DNA from: an uncultured Thermoleophilaceae bacterium
Lineage (GTDB): Bacteria > Actinomycetota > Thermoleophilia > Solirubrobacterales > Thermoleophilaceae
Assembly: GCA_963821275.1 (NCBI GenBank)
Contig: CAWGDF010000012.1
Location: 34,271 to 98,270 of the forward strand
Direction: 5' to 3'
Length of the DNA stretch: 64,000 nucleotides
In this document: positions 25,221-33,895 of the stretch, piece by piece
Numbering within the stretch: position 1 is the first letter of the stretch
Layout: every line of letters begins with the position of its first letter
Program-made: the position numbers and the translations under genes
The notes under the pieces: generated by a model
The model's input: the letters and a program-made list of their open reading frames with translations, nothing else
What the model was told of the DNA's origin: nothing
Databases searched by the model: none

Positions 25221-26115
25221 CATCCGCTCGGAGAGCTGGCCCGCCGCCAGCACAACGTGGTCTCTCTCACCCAGCTCAGGGCGCTGGGGCTGACGGCGAG
25301 CGGGTGCGGAGCCGGGCGGCGAGCGGCCGGCTACCCGTATCCACCGTGGCGTGTACGCGGTCGGCCACGACCGCCTGACCGGCGAGGGGTGCTGGATGGC
25401 CGCCGTGCTGGCGTGCGGCCCGGACGCGGTCCTGTCGCATCGGTCGGCCGCGGCGCTGTGGGGCCTGCGCCCGACAACCGGGCGGTGATCGACGTGTCGC
25501 TGCCCGGCCGTCAGTGCGATCGCGGCCCGAGATCAGCGTCCACGCGGCGCCCAGCCTCACGAGCGCCGACCTCACCCAGCAGCAGGGGATCCCCTGCACC
25601 ACCGTCGCCAGCACCTTCTCGACCTCGCGGCAGAGGTCGACCAGCGCGGCACCGAACGAGCCGTCGACCGCGCTGAGATGCTGCGCCTCTTCGACCTGCG
25701 CGCCGTGGAGGAATCGGTGGCCCGCGCCAATGGTCACCGGGGCGCGGGCTGCTTGGCGGAGTGCTTGACGGTTGGCGCGAGCCACGGACTGACCGAGACA
25801 GGGATCGAGGAGCGCTTCCTCTGTGCCTGCGACGGCGCGGGGCTGTCCCGGCCGGCCGCCAACGCATGGCTGGTGCTCGACGACAGGCAGGTCAAGGCCG
25901 ACTTCCTCTGGAGGGCGGAGCGGCTGGTGGTCGAGACCGACGGCCGTGACGTCCACAGCACGCGAAGGGCCTTCGAGGACGATCGGCGCCGCGACCAGAG
26001 CCTGCTCCTCGCCGGCTACCGCGTGGTGCGCTTCACCTGGGGCCAGGTCGCCGGGGAGCCGGAGCGGGTGGCCGCCACCGTGGGCGCTCTGCTCGCTAGC
26101 GTCCGGCGCCGATGA
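25221..26115 (+). pseudogene. DUF559 / AbiEi-N-like endonuclease-domain protein, multiply frameshifted
   Basis: Family-like peptide segments occur in successive frames. They are LGELARRQHNVVSLTQLRALGLTA; ERVRSRAASGRL; RIHRGVYAVGHDRLTGEGCWMAAVLACGPDAVLSHRSAAALWGLR; PDNRAVIDVSLPGR; SVRSRPEISVHAAPSLTSADLTQQQGIPCTTVAST; and LLDLAAEVDQRG...VVETDGRDVHSTRRAFEDDRRRDQSLLLAGYRVVRFTW. Only the last 145 codons (25678..26115) form an intact ORF. Confidence 0.75.
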
Positions 26116-27074
26116 CGACCGACCCCGCAGAGCTGGGCCGCCGGCTGCGCGAACGGGACCGGGGCGCCGCGCCGGCGGCGCTCAACCTGATCGAGGATCG
26201 CTCGCCGGCGGGCCGGGAGCGGTCGGCCGAGCTGCTGGCCGAGGTCTCCCCCGCCGCGGTCGGGGGCGAGGCCGCCAGCCAGATCGTGGGGGTGACCGGG
26301 CCCCCGGGCGCGGGCAAGTCCTCGCTGCTGTCGGTGCTGGTGGCGGACTGGAGGGCCGGCGGCCGGACGGTCGCCGTGCTGGCGGTCGATCCCTCCTCCA
26401 AGCGCTCCGGCGGCGCGCTGCTCGGCGATCGCGCCCGCATCGAGCACGACCCGCGCGACGACGGCGTCCTGATCCGCTCGACCGCCGCCGGCGGTCGGCT
26501 CGGCGGGCTGGCGGTGGCCACCCGCGAGGCCGTCGAGGCGCTCGCCCCGGCGTTCGACCTGGTCGTCGTGGAGACCGTCGGCGTGGGCCAGTCGGAGACC
26601 GACGTGGAGGAGGTCTGCGACCAGGTGGCGGTGGTGGTGCAGCCCGCCTCGGGCGACGTGCTGCAGTTCCTCAAGGCGGGCATCATGGAGGTCCCGGACG
26701 TGCTGGTGGTCACGAAGGCCGACCTCGGCTCCGCAGCCGCCCGGGCACAGCGCGACCTGGCGCAGGCGCTGGCGGCAATCGGGTCGCAGGACGTGCCGGT
26801 GGTGGCGGTGTCCTCGATACCCCCGCCGACCGGCATCGAGGAGCTGAGAGCCGCCCTCGACGCCCACTACGCGGCGCTCGACCTCCCCGCCCGGCGGGCG
26901 CACTCCCGGCGGCTGTCCGCCTTGCGCGAGGTCGAGGCCGAATGGGGCGAGCGCGCCCTGCGCGCGCTGGGCGGCCGGCGGGAGGCCGAGCGCCTCCTGG
27001 CCCGGCGCGATCAGGCCGCCGCGATCCCCCAGCTGGTGGAGGAGCTGGAACGGCGGGCGGAGGTGGGCGGGTGA
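26112..27074 (+). CDS. meaB: methylmalonyl-CoA-mutase-associated G3E GTPase (MeaB/ArgK)
   Basis: P-loop GVTGPPGAGKSSLL, then VLAVDPSS..SGGALLGDR and VETVGVGQSE. The ATG overlaps the stop of the pseudogene tail (ATGA). Confidence 0.9.
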   Translation: MTTDPAELGRRLRERDRGAAPAALNLIEDRSPAGRERSAELLAEVSPAAVGGEAASQIVGVTGPPGAGKSSLLSVLVADWRAGGRTVAVLAVDPSSKRSGGALLGDRARIEHDPRDDGVLIRSTAAGGRLGGLAVATREAVEALAPAFDLVVVETVGVGQSETDVEEVCDQVAVVVQPASGDVLQFLKAGIMEVPDVLVVTKADLGSAAARAQRDLAQALAAIGSQDVPVVAVSSIPPPTGIEELRAALDAHYAALDLPARRAHSRRLSALREVEAEWGERALRALGGRREAERLLARRDQAAAIPQLVEELERRAEVGG

Positions 27075-27229
27075 GCGGGCTGGTCCCCCAGGCCCTGCTG
27101 CTGGTGGCCGTCTTCGCGGTCGCCACCCTGGTGGCCGAGCTGGCCGGGGCCGCCAACCTCGGCGTTGCCGTGGGCGTCGGTCAGGTGGCCTTCGCGGCTA
27201 CGCTGGTGTTCCTGCTCGTCAAGCGCTGA
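27071..27229 (+). CDS. putative small membrane protein (52 aa) coupled to meaB
   Basis: The GTG at 27071 overlaps the meaB stop (GTGA). VSGLVPQALLLVAVFAVATLVAELAGAANLGVAVGVGQVAFAATLVFLLVKR contains two hydrophobic helices. It is below the ORF-track size cut as an independent ORF. Confidence 0.4.
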   Translation: MSGLVPQALLLVAVFAVATLVAELAGAANLGVAVGVGQVAFAATLVFLLVKR

Positions 27230-27849
27230 ACGGCAACGACGGTGTCGCGCTCGGCCAGGATGCCCCAGCCGTCGGTCCCGGGTCCGCCGAAGAGCGCCTC
27301 CACCACCGCGGTCGGACCGGGGTCGCCGCCCCTCGCGTCGTGGAAGGCCACCACCCCGCCGGGCTCGACGAGTGGGTGCCAGAGCTCCCAGTCGAGGCGG
27401 CAGGCGGCCTCGGAGTGGTCGCCGTCGATGAAGACCAGGCCGACCGGCAGCCTCCACTCCCGTGCGACCGCCTCGCTCGTGGCCACGTGCCAGTGCACCT
27501 CGGGCCCGCCGCGCCTGCGAGCCGCACGCCCCACCACCGCCTTGACCGCCCCCTCGTCGGCGGCCTCCCACCACTCCATGCCGCTCCCGAAGGGCTCGAT
27601 CAGGTGCAACTCGGCCGCGAGGGGCAGGGCCCGCGCGAGCACCAGCGCCGACGAGCCCTCGTAGACCCCCACCTCGACGGCCCGCCGGCGGCCCCGGGCC
27701 AGCTCTCCCAGCAGGGCGGCCTCGCCCTCGGAATGCATCGTGCGCGGCGGGATCAGCCCCGCCCGCAGGGCCAAGGCCCGCAGGCCGGCCGAGTGGCGAA
27801 AGCGGTCGGGCACGCGGCTGCGAACGGCGTTGGGCAGCACGGAGCGCAT
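27181..27849 (-). CDS. class I SAM-dependent methyltransferase (O-methyltransferase-3-like)
   Basis: An internal ATG at 27849 gives AVEVGVYEGSSALVLARAL...LVFIDGDHS...GGVVAFHD. The 3' end overlaps 27071..27229 by 49 nt. Confidence 0.7.
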   Translation of the reverse strand: MRSVLPNAVRSRVPDRFRHSAGLRALALRAGLIPPRTMHSEGEAALLGELARGRRRAVEVGVYEGSSALVLARALPLAAELHLIEPFGSGMEWWEAADEGAVKAVVGRAARRRGGPEVHWHVATSEAVAREWRLPVGLVFIDGDHSEAACRLDWELWHPLVEPGGVVAFHDARGGDPGPTAVVEALFGGPGTDGWGILAERDTVVAVQRLTSRNTSVAAKAT

Positions 27850-28078
27850 GGTAGGCCCGCTGGATGACTGGTTCCACGACCCCGCGCACGCGGATGACGC
27901 ACGGGACAACCCCGCACCCGGCCCGAGCCACGCCCACACTACCGTCGCCGGATCGGGGTCCATCGGGCTCGCCGATACCTCCGGGTATCGGCCTCGCCCT
28001 GCTTCCCCCGCCCGGCTCGGTCCCGTGCGCCCCCGCGCACACGCGGCCGCGAAACCAATCATCTAGTCTCAGCGCCGC

Positions 28079-29059
28079 TTGGGACTGGGCTCGTTCATCT
28101 CGGTGGGGCGCTCGCTCGAGACCGCGATCCAGCGGGTGGAGCGGGCGGAGCGACTGGGCTACGAATCGGTCTTCGTCACCCATATCGCGGCCCGCGACTC
28201 GGTGACGACGCTGATGGCCTACGCCGCCCGCACCGAGCGCATCAGGCTCGGGACCGGCGTCCTGCCGATCTACTCGCGCACGCCCGTGGCCACCGCCCAG
28301 TCGTTCGCCACGCTCGACGAGTTCTCCGAGGGGCGCGCGGTGATCGGGCTCGGGGTCTCCCACCGGCCGGTGGTGGAAGGCTGGTACGCCGACACCATCG
28401 ACAAGCCGGTCCGCGAGATGCGCGAGTACGTGGGCGTCGTGCGGGCGATCCTGCACCGAGAGGATCCGCCGGCCGGTGAGCGCTTCTCCTCCCGCTTTCA
28501 CTTCATGGGCTTCGAGCCGCGCGCCGCCCTGCCGATCTATCTGGCCGGCCTCTCCCCCGGGATGCTGCGGCTGGCGGGCGAGATCGGCGACGGAGCGATG
28601 CTCTGGCTCTGCAACCCCGACTACATCCGCGAGGTGGTGGTCCCCGCGGTCAGCGAGGGCCGCGAGCGGGCCGGGAAGGGCCTCGAGGGCTTCGACATCG
28701 TCGCCGCCGTGCCGAGCGCGGTGACCGCCGAGCCCGGCGAGGCGCGGCAGCGCCTGCGGCAGGAGCTCGTCCCCTATTTCTCGCTCCCCTTCTACCGCGC
28801 GATGCTCGAGCGGTCCGGCTATGGCGACGACTTGGCCGGGTTCGACCGCGGCATGCAGGAGACCGGGCCGGGCGCGGGCGCGGCGGCGATCTCAGACCGT
28901 TTCCTCGGCCGTCTCGCGGCCATCGGCTCGACCGAGGAGGCCGTCGCGGCGGTGCGGAGCTACCGCGATTCGGGGGCCACCTCGCCCTGCGTCGGCCCCG
29001 TCGCGAGAACGGATTTCGACTCGACCCTCGAGGCGCTGGCCAGAGCCCTCGACGGGTGA
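28079..29059 (+). CDS. LLM-class (luciferase-like) flavin/F420-dependent oxidoreductase
   Basis: AERLGYESVFVTHIAARDSVTTLMAYAARTERIRLGTGVLPIYSRTP...IGLGVSH is the luciferase-like monooxygenase family pattern. It has a TTG start. Confidence 0.85.
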   Translation: MGLGSFISVGRSLETAIQRVERAERLGYESVFVTHIAARDSVTTLMAYAARTERIRLGTGVLPIYSRTPVATAQSFATLDEFSEGRAVIGLGVSHRPVVEGWYADTIDKPVREMREYVGVVRAILHREDPPAGERFSSRFHFMGFEPRAALPIYLAGLSPGMLRLAGEIGDGAMLWLCNPDYIREVVVPAVSEGRERAGKGLEGFDIVAAVPSAVTAEPGEARQRLRQELVPYFSLPFYRAMLERSGYGDDLAGFDRGMQETGPGAGAAAISDRFLGRLAAIGSTEEAVAAVRSYRDSGATSPCVGPVARTDFDSTLEALARALDG

Positions 29060-29688
29060 GCGGCCTGGGCAGCAATAATGGGGTAATGGAAGGATCCGCC
29101 CCCCAGTCCCTCGGGACCCAGTCGAGCTGGCTGCGGTGCTACCGCTGCTGGTCGCAGAACCTCGAGGTGCAGCTGCACTACGAGGGAATCCTCAAGGTCG
29201 ACCCCGACAGCGGCGAGGCCGTGGAGCCGGTCGAGGAGGTGCAGGAGGCCGTGGTTCAGTGCCTCGACTGCCTTCACGACCAGCCGCACCTGAGCCTCGC
29301 CTTCTACGAGGAGAACGGGCGCCGCGTCTCCCGCATCGAGCCGGTCGAGGACCGCTGGGAGCGGATGGTCACCGGCACCCCGTGGGTGGCCTCGTGCACG
29401 GTCACGGTCGACGCCGAGCAGGTGGAGTCCTGTTCCGGCCCGGAGGCGGCCGAGTCGCTCGCCTTCGCCGCCTTCGGCGACCACGGGACACGTGAGTTCT
29501 TCACCCACGTGCGCTTCCACAAGCACGAGGAGGAGAGCATCGTGATCCACATGCTGGTGGAGCTCTACGCCCGCTCCTCGGAGGAGGCCACCGAGGTGAT
29601 GGAGTCGGCCGCCCGCGGCCTGCTGACGATCACGTCGCTCGCCGAGGAGTCGCGTCCTCCGGCCTCGAGTGCCGACGAGCCGCACTGA
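29056..29688 (+). CDS. hypothetical acidic protein with split CxxC...CxxC zinc-ribbon-like motif
   Basis: The GTG at 29056 overlaps the LLM stop (GTGA); an alternative ATG lies at 29086. The cysteine pairs are CYRC and CLDC. No family was recognised. The 3' end overlaps the convergent CoA-transferase by 59 nt. Confidence 0.55.
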   Translation: MSGLGSNNGVMEGSAPQSLGTQSSWLRCYRCWSQNLEVQLHYEGILKVDPDSGEAVEPVEEVQEAVVQCLDCLHDQPHLSLAFYEENGRRVSRIEPVEDRWERMVTGTPWVASCTVTVDAEQVESCSGPEAAESLAFAAFGDHGTREFFTHVRFHKHEEESIVIHMLVELYARSSEEATEVMESAARGLLTITSLAEESRPPASSADEPH

Positions 29689-30877
29689 GCACCACCCCGC
29701 GGTCGGCGAGGTCCGCGATCTCCGCGTCCGTACGCCCCAGCTCGCGCAGCACGTCGGCGGTGTGCTCGCCGAGCAGCGGCGGGGGCGAAGGTCCACCGCC
29801 GGCCGGCTCCGGCTCGAGCCACATCGGCGAGGCGACCAGGTCGAGCGGACCGCCGCTGGGATGCTCCACCCGCACCGTCGCGGGGCGCCCGGCCGACGCG
29901 GCCGCGGCCAGCGCCTCCGGCACCGACCGCACCTTGCCCACCGGCACCCCGGCGGTCTGCAGGGCCTCAACCCACTCGTCGGCCGAGCGCTCGCGCAGGC
30001 GCTCCTGCAGCAGCGGAATGAGCTCCTGGCGCCGCTCGACCCGGGCGGGGTTGGTGGCAAAGCGCTCGTCGTCGGCCAGCTCGGACCGGCCGAGCACCTC
30101 GCACAGCCTGCGGAACAGCCCGTCGTTGGCGGCGGCCACAGCGATTCGGCCGGAGGCGGTCTCGAAGTCCTGGTAAGGCACGATGTTCGGATGCGCGTTC
30201 CCGTAACGCTCCGGGTCCCTCCCGGTGACCAGCGCGTTCTGGCTCACGTTCACCAGAGCGGCGAGGCCGCTGTCGAGCAGCGGCACCTCGATGCGGGCGC
30301 CCTCCCCCCGGTGCAGCGCTGCGAGGATGGCGGCGGCAGCGTGCAGCCCGGCCAGCACGTCGACCAGCGCTACGCCGACCTTGTACGGCGGCCCCTCCTC
30401 TGGCCCTGTGATCGACATCAGGCCGCTCTCGGCCTGGACCACGAAGTCGTAACCGGGCCTTCCCGGCGGGTCGCGTCGCGAGCCGAAGCCCGTGATCGCG
30501 CAGTAGACCACCGCCGGGTTCGTGGCCCGCACCTGCTCGTAGCCGACCCCGAGCCGCTCGGCCCCACCCAGCTTGAAGTTCTCGATCACTGCGTGCGCTC
30601 CCCCGCAGAGCTCCAGCGCCAGCTCACGGCCCTCGGGGTGGGACAGGTCGAGCGCGCAACTGCGCTTGCCCCGGTTCACCGACAGGTAGTACGCCGCCTC
30701 GCCGCCCACGAACGGCGGGCCCCAGGAGCGCGTCTCGTCGCCCCCCTCCGGGCGCTCGACCTTGATGACGTCGGCGCCGAGGTCGGCGAGGACCATCGTG
30801 CAGTAGGGGCCGGCCAGCACGCGGGAGAGGTCGACGATGCGCACGCCGGCCAGCGGGGTGGAGGATGACTCGGTCAT
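29630..30877 (-). CDS. CaiB/BaiF family III CoA-transferase
   Basis: PLAGVRIVDLSRVLAGPYCTMVLADLGADVIKVERPEGGDETR...YYLSVNRGKRS...GYDFVVQAESGLMSITG is the classic family III CoA-transferase pattern. Confidence 0.9.
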   Translation of the reverse strand: MTESSSTPLAGVRIVDLSRVLAGPYCTMVLADLGADVIKVERPEGGDETRSWGPPFVGGEAAYYLSVNRGKRSCALDLSHPEGRELALELCGGAHAVIENFKLGGAERLGVGYEQVRATNPAVVYCAITGFGSRRDPPGRPGYDFVVQAESGLMSITGPEEGPPYKVGVALVDVLAGLHAAAAILAALHRGEGARIEVPLLDSGLAALVNVSQNALVTGRDPERYGNAHPNIVPYQDFETASGRIAVAAANDGLFRRLCEVLGRSELADDERFATNPARVERRQELIPLLQERLRERSADEWVEALQTAGVPVGKVRSVPEALAAAASAGRPATVRVEHPSGGPLDLVASPMWLEPEPAGGGPSPPPLLGEHTADVLRELGRTDAEIADLADRGVVLSAARRHSRPEDATPRRAT

Positions 30878-32539
30878 CGAGCGAGATCCTGACAGGGGCG
30901 CGCGCCGCCGTGGCGGCGCTCGAGGACGCCGGCGTGGACGTGGCCTTCGGCCTGCCCGGAGTGCACAACCTGGCGCTGTGGCGCGAGCTCAACGCTTCGC
31001 CCATCCGCCTGGTTGGGGTCAGGCACGAGCAGACGGCCGCCTACGCCGCCGACGGCTACGCCCGGGCGAGCGGCCGGCTGGGCGTCGCGCTCACCACCAC
31101 CGGCCCCGGCGCCGCCAACACCCTGGGCGCGGTCGGCGAAGCCTGGGCCTCGCGCCAGCCGGTGCTGGTGATCGCCACCGACATCCCCACCAGCGTCCGG
31201 CGGCCGGGCGTCTGGCGCGGCACCCTGCACGAGGCCACCGACCAGGCCGCCATGTTCGTCCCGGTGGTCAAGGACGCGGTGCGTGTGCACCGTGCCGAGG
31301 ACGTCGGGCCCGCGGTGGCCGCGGCGGTCCGGACCGCGCTGGCCCCGCCGGCGCGTCCGGTCTACGTGGAGGTCCCCACCGACCTGCTGGCCGCCGAGGC
31401 CGGCGGGGCCGCTGACGGGGCGCCCGAGCACGTCCAGCCCGGACGGCCTGTCGCGCCGCCGGCGCCGCCCACCGACGACGACCTGCGGCGGGCGGTCGAG
31501 CTCCTGTCCCGCTCCCGCCGCCCGCTGGTCTGGGCCGGCGGCGGCGCGCTGCAGGCCGGCGCCGGCGAGGCTGTGGCCCGGCTGGCCGAGCGGCTGGTGG
31601 CCCCCGTGCTCGCTGACCTACTCCGCGCACGGCCTGCTGCCGCCGGACCATCCCTGCCTCGTGGACGCGCCGCCCCACGTGCCCGAGGTGGGCGCACTCT
31701 GGGACGAAGCCGACCTGGTGGTCTCGGTGGGCAGCGACTTCGACGGGATGATGACCCAGGGCTGGAAGATGCCCCAGCCGCCGCATCTGCTGGCGCTGAA
31801 CGTCGACGCGCGCGACGCCGCCAAGAACTACCGGCCCGACCTCGTGCTGGAGGCCGACGCGGCCGCCGCCGCGACGGTTCTGGCCGAGCGTCTGCCCGAG
31901 CGCGGCGGCCTCGAGGCGCTCGGCCGGCGGGTGGGCGAACTGAGGCGGCGTATCCGTGAGGAGCTGGCGCAAGCCGCGCCCGAGGCCTTCGCGTTCCTGG
32001 CCGCCGTCGAGGCGGCGCTGCCCGACGACGCGGTCGTGATCTGCGACATGTGCATCCCCGGCTACTGGCTGGGTGGCTTTCACCGCACGCCCGCGCCGCG
32101 CAAGCTGTCCTATCCGCTTGGCTGGGGAACGCTCGGCTGCGGCTTTCCGCAGGGGCTGGGCGCGGCCCTCGCCGGCGAGGGGCCGGCGGTCAGCATCTCC
32201 GGCGACGGCGGCTTCCTGTACGCATGCGGCGACCTGGCCACCGCCAAGCAGGAGGGCATCCCGCTCACCGCGGTGGTGGTTGACGACGGCGGCTACGGCA
32301 TGCTCCGCTTCGATCAGGACCGCCGCGGTGATCCGCACGAGGGCGTCGACCTCGACACCCCGGACTTCGTCGCGCTCGCGGCCTCCTTCGGGATCCGGGC
32401 CGACCGCGTCGACGGGCTCGGGGAGCACTTCGCAGTGGCGCTCAAGGGCCACGTCGCGCTCGACGAGCCGACGCTGCTGGTGGCCAGGGCGAAGCTGGGA
32501 CCGCCCCCGAACGTCTCGCCGCGCTGGTACCGGCGATGA
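30865..32539 (+). pseudogene. thiamine-pyrophosphate enzyme (acetolactate-synthase-like), single +1 frameshift near 31611-31616
   Basis: The N-terminal and middle domains lie in ORF 30865..31959 (GLPGVHNLALW...TTTGPGAANTLGAVGEAW). The PP-binding domain lies in ORF 31283..32539 (ISGDGGFLYACGDLATA...VVVDDGGYG). The frames join at ...LAERLVAPVL|(A)TYSAHGLLPPDHP. Deleting the t in ctcgcTgacc restores one ORF. Confidence 0.8.
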
Positions 32540-33738
32540 ACGAGCGACAGCGGGAGGCCCCTCCTCCCATATCCCGCCGCCTGAGCCGGCGCGCGGCCGA
32601 GCAGCTCGGAGCCACGAGCGGTTCCGAGCTGCTGGAGCAGGCCGCCGAGGTCTCGCGCGTCGGCCTGCGCACTCGCCGCCAGCGGATCATCGCCACCGCC
32701 CGCCCGATCCTGCACACCTCGGTGGCTGCCGCCGGCGCCTGGCTGGTGGCCACCGAGGTGCTCAACCACCCGCAACCCTTCTTCGCCCCCATCTCCGCGG
32801 TCATAACCCTGGGGCTCACCGTGGGCGAGCGCGGCCGCCGCGCCGTGGAGGTGGCGGTCGGCGTGGCCCTGGGCATCGCCATCGCAGACGCGCTGGTGGC
32901 GGTTATCGGCACCGGCACCTGGCAGATCGCGGTGGTGGTCGGGCTGGCGATGCTGGGCGCGACCCTGCTGGGCGGCGGGCCCCTGGTGGCCACCCAGGCG
33001 GCCGCCTCGGGCGTGCTCGTGGCCACGCTGCAGCCCCCGGACGGCGGCTTCGACTTCGACCGCTTCCTTGATGCCCTGGTGGGCGGCGCCTGCGCGCTGA
33101 TCGTGGCGATGGTGCTCCTGCCCGTGAACCCGGTGCGCCTGGTCAGCGAGCGCGCGCAGCCGGCGCTGGACAGCATGGCCCGGGCGCTGGAGCGCATCGC
33201 GCGGGCGATCGAGGAGCGCAGCCCCAAGGAGGCCGACGCCGCGCTGATGGCGGTGGCCAGCGTGGACTCGCTGCACGACGTGATGCTCGAGGCCCTCGAC
33301 GCGGCGGGCGAGGCCGCCCGCCTCACTCCCCGCCGTCGCGGCGTTCGCTCCAGCCTGCAGCGCTACGCGGTGGCCGGCGGCGAGCTGGGGCTGGCCGTCG
33401 AGAACGTGCGGGCGCTTGCCCGGGGCGCGGTGCGCTCGGTGGACCTCCAGGACACCGTCCCGCCCGAGGCCTGCGAGGCCATCCGGGAGCTGGCCCGGGC
33501 CACACGGGCGCTCGCGGACTACCTCGAGGGTGGCGACGACGAGGCGGTGCGCGCCGCGGCCGAGCGGGCGGCTGCCCTCGCCAATGGCGTGCTGGAGGCC
33601 ACCGGCAATCTCTCCGCCGTGCACATCGTCGGCCAGGTGCGGCTGGCCGCGGTGGACCTGATGCGCGCCGCGGCGATCGAGCGCAACGAGGCGCAGGAGG
33701 CCGTCCGCGGCGCGTTCCAGGAGGTGCGAAGCCGCTGA
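32536..33738 (+). CDS. FUSC/ArAE-family (aromatic acid exporter-like) membrane protein
   Basis: N-terminal TM bundle (HPQPFFAPISAVITLGLTVGERGRRAVEVAVGVALGIAIADALV) plus a long helical cytoplasmic tail. The ATG overlaps the TPP-enzyme stop (ATGA). Confidence 0.75.
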   Translation: MNERQREAPPPISRRLSRRAAEQLGATSGSELLEQAAEVSRVGLRTRRQRIIATARPILHTSVAAAGAWLVATEVLNHPQPFFAPISAVITLGLTVGERGRRAVEVAVGVALGIAIADALVAVIGTGTWQIAVVVGLAMLGATLLGGGPLVATQAAASGVLVATLQPPDGGFDFDRFLDALVGGACALIVAMVLLPVNPVRLVSERAQPALDSMARALERIARAIEERSPKEADAALMAVASVDSLHDVMLEALDAAGEAARLTPRRRGVRSSLQRYAVAGGELGLAVENVRALARGAVRSVDLQDTVPPEACEAIRELARATRALADYLEGGDDEAVRAAAERAAALANGVLEATGNLSAVHIVGQVRLAAVDLMRAAAIERNEAQEAVRGAFQEVRSR

Positions 33739-33895
33739 GCCCGCCTCACGCCGCCTGGGCACCTCCTCGAAGAGGTCAGCACCGGTAACCGGCGAACCTT
33801 GCGGCCCGGCCGACGTTCTAGGTGCGAGTGGAGCAAAATGCCGTGGAGGAACCAGGCGACGCACCCTGTGGACGGCGCCGCCGGAGGAGGATGAT

